Assembly (NCBI GenBank): GCA_963516105.1
Contig: CAUPZP010000003.1
Coordinates: 58,046-122,045, forward strand
DNA from: an uncultured Campylobacter sp.
GTDB lineage: Bacteria; Campylobacterota; Campylobacteria; Campylobacterales; Campylobacteraceae
Reading direction: 5' to 3'
Length of the DNA: 64,000 bases
In this document: piece after piece, positions 58,027 through 64,000 of the stretch
Layout of the letters: each line of letters begins with the position of its first letter
Position numbering within the stretch: position 1 is the stretch's first letter
Notes under the pieces: model-generated
What the model was told of the DNA's origin: nothing
The model's database searches: none
What the model saw: only the letters and a program-made list of their open reading frames with translations
Position numbers and translations under genes: made by a program

Positions 58027-59943
58027 TCACTTTGCGCGGCTTGCTTCTTTTGCTTTTACGGCTTCGTAAATTTTATCCGCGTTCGTCAAATTTGCGTCCA
58101 AAAAATCCTGCGCTTTTTTTAGCGTGCGTGCGCCCATGATGCCGTCGGCCTTGACGCCGATAGCCTTTTGCACGTATAAAATTTTATCTTTTTGCGTCAT
58201 CTGCGGCGCGGTTTTAGCTGCGGCGGTGGAGTTTGCTTCTCGCTCTTGGTCGCTAGAGCCCTCAAATTTAGCCGTCATCTCGCGAAATTTGGCCTCCAGG
58301 CTACGCGACGCCTCAAACCGCTCGTCAAGCTGCACAAGAGTCGGCGCGTAACCAAAGCTCGATATCGCGCCGTAGATCGCGCCGACTGCTCCAAAGCCGG
58401 CTAAAATTTTAAAAAACAGCGAAAAAGCCTCTTTGTTTCGCATGCTTTGGCGGTACTCTTTAGGCACGGCACTACGGCGAATCAGCGTAACCAGCGCGCT
58501 AAGAGGCGCCAAGACGCACAAGGCAACGCCCGCGCAAAGGGCCAGAAATATAAGCGTATAAATAGGCGACATGATGTAGCGGTCGGCTAAATTTTCGCCT
58601 AAAAATCCCGCCGTAAAAACTAGCGCAAGCAGCCAAAATAGCGAGCCCAGCCCAAACCAAACCGCAGGCGAATAAACGGGGGAGATTTTATCCAGGCATT
58701 TTTTCATCGTTTCGCCCAGTTTGCTCGCCGCGCCTCTTGAGACGTAGCCGTCGCAGGCCTCTATCACGGCGTTTGCGGCCTCGTTTTGCGCGCCGTCCGT
58801 CTTAGCGATACGCTTTAGCGCGGAGTCAAGAGCGGGCTGTGAGCAGTAGCGCGTGAAAAATTTAAACGCCTCGCGCCTAGTTATCTTGCCGTCGGCATCG
58901 ATCTTTTCTAGCATAGAAATCTCGTCTGCGAAAAGATCATCAAAAAACGGCGGCCTGATAAATGCGTAGGGCGGGTTGCTAAAGCCCACCGCCTCGTACT
59001 CCTTGCCTAGCAGGATAAAATTTAGCCGCGTTATCGCGCTAGAACCCACGTAGGAAAACAGGTGCGAGCTCTCATCGCCGCTCTCTTCGTCTTGATAAAA
59101 CGGTATCGTTTGCGAGATAAATTTGCAACTGCGAGCGCATAAAAAGTCCAAAAGCTCGTCGGCGTAGGCGCGCGATTTTATTCGTAAATTTACGCTTGGT
59201 TTTGCGTATGCGCCGATGTTTGCTACCGTGGTAAAGTATCCGTGTCCGCTGCACTGGGCGCACTGCACGTAGCCTGATCCCCCGCATCCGCCGCATCTAA
59301 CCGTGCCAGATCCCGAGCAGCCGTAGCAGGTATTTGAGCCGCTACCGCCGCATGACGAACAGCTCTCGTAGCGATACGTCACGTAGGTGCTGCCGTCTGA
59401 GTTATATTGCGTGTGAGGGCGATTTACGCCGCCGCTGCCGCCGCACGTAGAGCAGCTTTGTCGGCCGCGTCCGCCGCAGCTAGAGCAGGTTTTTTTACCT
59501 CGTCCACCGCACTCGTCGCAACGCGTCTGCCCGTCTCCTCCGCACTCGTCGCAACGCTCGCTCATGCTAAACGGCTTAAAATCGTAATACCTAACCGCGC
59601 CGCCTGATTTTGCGACTGCCTCTTTTGCGTCTTGGCGTAGTTCGGTGAGTAAAATTTCACGCAGATCCGCGCTATCTCTAGCCTGCAACAAGCACTCTCT
59701 GGCGTGGTTTTCGTAGCCTCGCACGTCGTCGCCAAAGTGTATCTGCTCTTTTGCGCCGCCTGCGATCTTGCTCTCCTCGCGCTTGCCGTAAAACTCCCAC
59801 GTCACGCTAGCTGTGGCTTCAAAATCAAAAATTTCGTGCGAAATTTCTACCAAATCCTCAGGCTTAGCTTGGTTGCCGTTTATTAGATTGCGTAGCCCTT
59901 TTAAAAACGGCTCGTGTAAACTTAGGTCGTCAAATTCGCTCAT
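58027..59943 (-). CDS. membrane protein with eight DnaJ-type CxxCxGxG zinc-finger repeats and a putative C-terminal peptidoglycan-binding motif
   Basis: Eight CxxCxGxG repeats, about 3 TM segments, C-terminal VQKAIGVKADGIMGARTL; no J-domain HPD. Confidence 0.75.
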   Translation of the reverse strand: MSEFDDLSLHEPFLKGLRNLINGNQAKPEDLVEISHEIFDFEATASVTWEFYGKREESKIAGGAKEQIHFGDDVRGYENHARECLLQARDSADLREILLTELRQDAKEAVAKSGGAVRYYDFKPFSMSERCDECGGDGQTRCDECGGRGKKTCSSCGGRGRQSCSTCGGSGGVNRPHTQYNSDGSTYVTYRYESCSSCGGSGSNTCYGCSGSGTVRCGGCGGSGYVQCAQCSGHGYFTTVANIGAYAKPSVNLRIKSRAYADELLDFLCARSCKFISQTIPFYQDEESGDESSHLFSYVGSSAITRLNFILLGKEYEAVGFSNPPYAFIRPPFFDDLFADEISMLEKIDADGKITRREAFKFFTRYCSQPALDSALKRIAKTDGAQNEAANAVIEACDGYVSRGAASKLGETMKKCLDKISPVYSPAVWFGLGSLFWLLALVFTAGFLGENLADRYIMSPIYTLIFLALCAGVALCVLAPLSALVTLIRRSAVPKEYRQSMRNKEAFSLFFKILAGFGAVGAIYGAISSFGYAPTLVQLDERFEASRSLEAKFREMTAKFEGSSDQEREANSTAAAKTAPQMTQKDKILYVQKAIGVKADGIMGARTLKKAQDFLDANLTNADKIYEAVKAKEASRAK

Positions 59944-59951
59944 TTTAAATC

Positions 59952-60533
59952 CTAAATTTTATTTTGCGCGTCTAGCTTCGCACGCTTTTTTATCTCGCTT
60001 AAAAACTCCGCTCCGCCGCCTGCAAAAGCCTCTCGCGGCATGGCGCAAAACATAGAGTTTGCGATGATAACGACGACAAACTCGCCCACATATCGAGCGT
60101 CGCTGATGATGCCGTACTTGTATCTGCCCTCGCCGAATTTGCTTTTTTGCACGAAAAACTCATCCTCTAAAATCACGCTTTTTTGCCCAAATTCGCTGTA
60201 GTTTGCCTTGCTTAGCATAGCGCGAATCAGCAGCCAAGGACGAAGGCCCGTGGCGTAAAGTACCGTCAAAAACGCGCCTATCCACGCAAGATAGGGCAGG
60301 ATCGCCGCGCTTTCATAGCCGTAGTCTTCGAGCAAGTAGCCAAGGTTGCTAAGGTAAAATTTGACGCACAAAAGCGTGATAAAAATCATCCCGATAACAA
60401 TCGCAGCAAAGTCGCAAAGGCTGATATAGCGCATAAATTTATCGCCTTTATAAATGATTTTAGCGACCTCGCGCGCCGTCTTTTTATACTCGGCGCTAGG
60501 CTTTAGCTCAAAGTCGGCTTTCAAATTTGACAT
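59952..60533 (-). CDS. YcxB-like two-TM membrane protein
   Basis: Two TMs, then a beta-rich C-terminal domain ending MPREAF. Confidence 0.6.
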   Translation of the reverse strand: MSNLKADFELKPSAEYKKTAREVAKIIYKGDKFMRYISLCDFAAIVIGMIFITLLCVKFYLSNLGYLLEDYGYESAAILPYLAWIGAFLTVLYATGLRPWLLIRAMLSKANYSEFGQKSVILEDEFFVQKSKFGEGRYKYGIISDARYVGEFVVVIIANSMFCAMPREAFAGGGAEFLSEIKKRAKLDAQNKI

Positions 60534-60758
60534 CTGCTTCCTTTAAATTTTGATGAGATATTATCAAATTTGGCCTAAATTTACGCTATTTTTAAAAGCC
60601 GCCGCTAAAACGATAATTAAGCCCAAATTTAGTAAAATCACCGCCAAGACGCGAGGTCGCGTAATACGTTAAAAGGCAAACCATGCAAAACTCAACCGCG
60701 TAAATTCCGCTAAATTTAAACCAAATCAACCAATCAAATTTAAATTTAAGGCAGAATC

Positions 60759-63212
60759 ATGAAAAGACGAGACTTTCTAAAACTAGGCGCGCTCGCGGCA
60801 GCTTCAGCGCAGGCGAAGCAATTTAATGCAGCAGCGCAGGCGATATTTGACGAGCAGATGGGGCTTTGCGCGAATAAATTCGGCGCATTTTATGTGAAAA
60901 CCATCGGCGGCAGAGTCGTTGGTACCGAGCCGTTTGAGGGTGACGCGATGCCTACGGTGCTAAACAACGCCCTAAGCGATCACATCCAAAACGAAACGTG
61001 CGTGAAATACCCCTACGTGCGCAAAAGCTTCCTCGCAGACCCGTCAAATCCAAAACCAGAGCTTCGCGGTAAAGAGCCCTTCGTGCGCGTTAGCTGGGAC
61101 GAGGCGATCAAGCTAAGCGCTAAAATTTTAAAAGAAAACTTCGACAAATACGGCTCGGAGGCCATTTACGGGCAGCTTTATCAGTGGGGCAGCCTCGGCA
61201 AAGTCGGCCACTCGCAGCGCACCGCAAAGCGCATGCTAAACGCGCTAGGAGGCTACGTGAGCGAGCTTGGCGGCTACTCTTACGGCGCGGCGACGGCGTT
61301 TTTGCCTCACGTGACGGGCTCTATCGATCCGACGCATAATCCTACGCGCTGGGAGGGCGTGGTAAAGGAGGCCAAAACGATCGTATTTTGGGGTACGAAC
61401 CCGGTCGTTTCAAACAAGATCGCTATCGGCGTTCCGATGCACAACTCCTACGCTTACTACGAGATTATGAAGGATAAATTTAAAAAAGGCGAGATGAAAA
61501 TTTACAGCGTCGACGTTTATCGCAACGAAACGGCGGAATATTTCGGCGCGCACTATCTTGCCGTGCGCCCTTGCACCGATACGGCGATGCTGATCGGGCT
61601 TTGCGATTATCTCTACGAAAACGGGCTTTACGACAAGGAATTTATTGAGCGCTACACGGTCGGGTTCGATAAATTTAAGGAGTATTTCACCGGCGCGAAA
61701 GACGGCGTGAAAAAAGATCTTGCGTGGGCGAGTAAAATTTGCGGCGTGAGCGAAAAGGAGCTAAAAGAGCTAGCGGGTACGCTAGCTAAAAAAGATACGC
61801 TCATAGTCACGGGCTACGCGATACAGCGACAGCACCACGGCGAGATGGCGTACTGGGCGCTCATAGCGCTAGCTGCGATGCTAGGCGACATCGGCAAGAC
61901 GGGGCGCGGCTACGTGATGAACGATCAGATGCATAAAAACGCCGACATTAGCTTCATCGCGCCAAAGCTTCAGGCTTTTAATCCCGCGGTAAACGAAAAA
62001 TACCTTGCCCCGCAGGGCAAGCTAGCCAAAGCCAAATACCACGAGATACCAAACAGCAGGATCATAGACGCGATCATGGAGCCAGGCAAGCAAATCGAGC
62101 GCAACGGCAAAAAATACGTCATGCCGCACATCCGCGTGATGTTTAACGCCAACGGCTCGACCTTCACCCGTCACCCCGACACCAACCGCGCGGTCGCGGC
62201 GATGCGCAAGATAGAAGCGATCATCACCACCGAGCCCTTTTGGACGAGTACGGCGAGGCTTAGCGACATTGTGCTGCCGGCAGCGCTAGAGTGCGAGCGC
62301 ACGGATATCGAGTTTGCAAACTCGACTAGCGAGTACCTCTTTGCGATTAAGCCGCTAGTAAAGCCCGCGGGCGAGAGCAAGAGCGACTTTGAGATCGCGC
62401 GGCTCATCTGCGCGCAGTGGGGCGAGGAGTACGAGCAGGCCTTTAGCGAGGGCAAAACAGAGCTAGAGTGGGTGAAGGAAATCTACGAAAATGCCGCAAA
62501 GCAAGCCGAGGGCATGGGCATAGCGATACCGAAATTTGAGGAGTTTTGGCAAAAGGGCTACGTCAAATTTGATAAGATCGACGAGAAAAAGCGCTACTTT
62601 ACAAACTACGCTGACTTCCGCGCCGATCCAGAGAAAAATGCGCTAAAAACGCCGTCTGGCAAGATCGAGCTCTACTCCGAAGCGGTCGAAAAGCTAGGTT
62701 ATCCCGACTGCCCGCCGCACGCGACGTGGATGGAGCCGTTTGAGTGGCTGGGCGGCGACGTGAGCAAGTATCCTATCGCCATCAGCGGCGCGCACTCTAA
62801 ATTTAGGCTCCACTCGCAGCTAAACAGCTCGCTGCTTCGCAACTACTCCGAGATCGCAAACCGCGAACCCGCACTCATCAGCCCCGCCACGGCAAAGGCG
62901 CGCGGCATAAAAACGGGCGACGTGGTGAGGATCTACAACGACCGAGGCGAGATACTCTGCGGTGCGCTGGTGAGCGATACGGCGCAAGATAACGTCGTGA
63001 TCGTAAGCGAGGGCGCGTGGTACGACCCTGCCGTTTGGGGCGAGCGTAGCCTGTGCAAACACGGCAACATAAACGTGCTAACCAAGGACGTGCCTAGCTC
63101 GCAGCTCTCGCAAAGCAATACCGCGCACACGAGCATGGTGCAGATCGAGAAATTTAAAGGCGAACTGCCGAGCATAACGGCGTTTGATAGGCCTGCGACG
63201 GTAGAGGCTTAG
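60759..63212 (+). CDS. Tat-exported molybdopterin S/N-oxide reductase (DMSO reductase family type III, TorZ/MtsZ/BisC-like)
   Basis: KRRDFLK twin-arginine signal; no N-terminal Fe-S cysteines; RVSWDEA, GGYSYGA Ser ligand, TPSGKIE, RLHSQ and EGAWYDP. Confidence 0.88.
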   Translation: MKRRDFLKLGALAAASAQAKQFNAAAQAIFDEQMGLCANKFGAFYVKTIGGRVVGTEPFEGDAMPTVLNNALSDHIQNETCVKYPYVRKSFLADPSNPKPELRGKEPFVRVSWDEAIKLSAKILKENFDKYGSEAIYGQLYQWGSLGKVGHSQRTAKRMLNALGGYVSELGGYSYGAATAFLPHVTGSIDPTHNPTRWEGVVKEAKTIVFWGTNPVVSNKIAIGVPMHNSYAYYEIMKDKFKKGEMKIYSVDVYRNETAEYFGAHYLAVRPCTDTAMLIGLCDYLYENGLYDKEFIERYTVGFDKFKEYFTGAKDGVKKDLAWASKICGVSEKELKELAGTLAKKDTLIVTGYAIQRQHHGEMAYWALIALAAMLGDIGKTGRGYVMNDQMHKNADISFIAPKLQAFNPAVNEKYLAPQGKLAKAKYHEIPNSRIIDAIMEPGKQIERNGKKYVMPHIRVMFNANGSTFTRHPDTNRAVAAMRKIEAIITTEPFWTSTARLSDIVLPAALECERTDIEFANSTSEYLFAIKPLVKPAGESKSDFEIARLICAQWGEEYEQAFSEGKTELEWVKEIYENAAKQAEGMGIAIPKFEEFWQKGYVKFDKIDEKKRYFTNYADFRADPEKNALKTPSGKIELYSEAVEKLGYPDCPPHATWMEPFEWLGGDVSKYPIAISGAHSKFRLHSQLNSSLLRNYSEIANREPALISPATAKARGIKTGDVVRIYNDRGEILCGALVSDTAQDNVVIVSEGAWYDPAVWGERSLCKHGNINVLTKDVPSSQLSQSNTAHTSMVQIEKFKGELPSITAFDRPATVEA

Positions 63213-63225
63213 GCTTTTATGATTT

Positions 63226-63259
63226 AAATTTGAGCGGTTAAATTTGGCCGCTCAAATTT
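63226..63259 (+). terminator. hairpin after the oxidoreductase
   Basis: AAATTTGAGCGG/CCGCTCAAATTT. Confidence 0.5.
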
Positions 63260-63417
63260 GACTGCTTTTTAAATTTACCCGCTCAAATTTAGCGTCAAAT
63301 TTGGCTCAAATTTGACCGCGTCCGCGCTTGACCCGCGCCACTAAATTTTAAATTTGCCTCAAATCAGCCGTTTTTTTGCCTAAAATTTGTAAAATTAGCC
63401 CAAAAAAAGGATAAAAA

Positions 63418-64000
63418 ATGAGCCAAAAAACGCTAACGATCATCGACACTTTCGGATTTTTTTTCAGACTTTACTACGCGATGAGCGGACTAAAAAATCG
63501 CGAGGGCAAGCCAAGCGGCATGGTGAGCGGCTTTGCTAGCTTTATCATGAATTTGCGCCAGGAGTTTGCCAGCGACTACATCATCTTCGCGCTAGATAGC
63601 AAGGGCAAGACGCTACGCCACGAGATCCTGGGCGAGTATAAAGCCAACCGCTCCGAGCCGCCCGCCGCGCTAAAAGAGCAGCTGCCCGTGTGCATCGAAA
63701 TGATAGAAAAAATGGGCCTAGCCGCCGTGAGCCGCGAAGGCTACGAGGCCGACGACATCATCGCTAGCGTCGTAAAGGAGTGCAAGCAGCGGGATATATT
63801 TGTACGTATCGTGACGCACGATAAAGACCTATATCAGCTCATCGAGGACGGCAAAGTGAGCATCTACAGCCCCCAAAGCAAGATCGACCACGATAGCGCG
63901 AGCTGCATAGAAAAATACGGCGTTCCACCAAGCTGCATACGCGATTTTCTCGCGATCGCGGGCGATAGCTCGGATAATATCCCGGGCGTCAAAGGCATCG
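63418..64000 (+). CDS. polA: DNA polymerase I (5' part; runs off the window)
   Basis: My translation MSQKTLTIIDTFGFFFRLYYAM…YKANR…EADDIIAS…DKDLYQL…GDSSDNIPGVKGI is the 5'-3' exonuclease domain. Confidence 0.95.
   Translation, partial: MSQKTLTIIDTFGFFFRLYYAMSGLKNREGKPSGMVSGFASFIMNLRQEFASDYIIFALDSKGKTLRHEILGEYKANRSEPPAALKEQLPVCIEMIEKMGLAAVSREGYEADDIIASVVKECKQRDIFVRIVTHDKDLYQLIEDGKVSIYSPQSKIDHDSASCIEKYGVPPSCIRDFLAIAGDSSDNIPGVKGI

Noticed and set aside
60640..60715. c-di-GMP-I or Moco riboswitch upstream of the molybdoenzyme (GGCAAACC seen)
   Set aside because: The GNRA-capped P2 stem and the downstream GACGCAAA element are missing, and I could not build a convincing fold.
778..63175. Numerous short antisense/overlapping ORFs in the track (e.g. 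3546-4115, 11642-12196, 44764-45244, 7686-7985)
   Set aside because: They shadow well-supported genes or repeats and show no recognisable motifs or RBS.

Overview
The window is chromosomal DNA from an epsilonproteobacterium, most likely a non-thermotolerant oral Campylobacter of the C. showae/C. rectus type. That call is inferred from gene order, moderate GC and pervasive AAATTT motifs. The backbone follows the C. jejuni Cj0317-Cj0357 neighbourhood as I recall it: hisC-fliFGH-dxs-perR, xseA/ubiE, serC, fabH-plsX-rpmF-ndk-fdxA/ahpC, plsY-folB-cosR(S)-ppx, fliO/fliN/trp operon, uvrA and polA. Accessory material is inserted into it. (1) At 7-11.6 kb are two pseudogenes and a csgG-DUF4810-DUF799 lipoprotein trio. 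The trio is followed by a DIP1984-family gene and a ~170-nt, strongly base-paired non-coding element with a 13-nt tandem repeat. This protein-plus-RNA pair is my top candidate for an undescribed system. (2) There are three DUF2920 hydrolase domains in tandem. (3) An AT-rich three-gene island (cytosine methyltransferase, GHKL-ATPase/histidine kinase, response regulator) sits inside the trp operon, and an AT-rich PD-(D/E)XK nuclease lies nearby. (4) There are two related composite palindromic (MITE-like) repeats. (5) There is a YcxB / 8x-CxxCxGxG zinc-finger membrane protein / 19-aa repeat protein cluster. I saw no rRNA, tRNA, CRISPR array or transposase. All family names come from motif recognition, not database searches.
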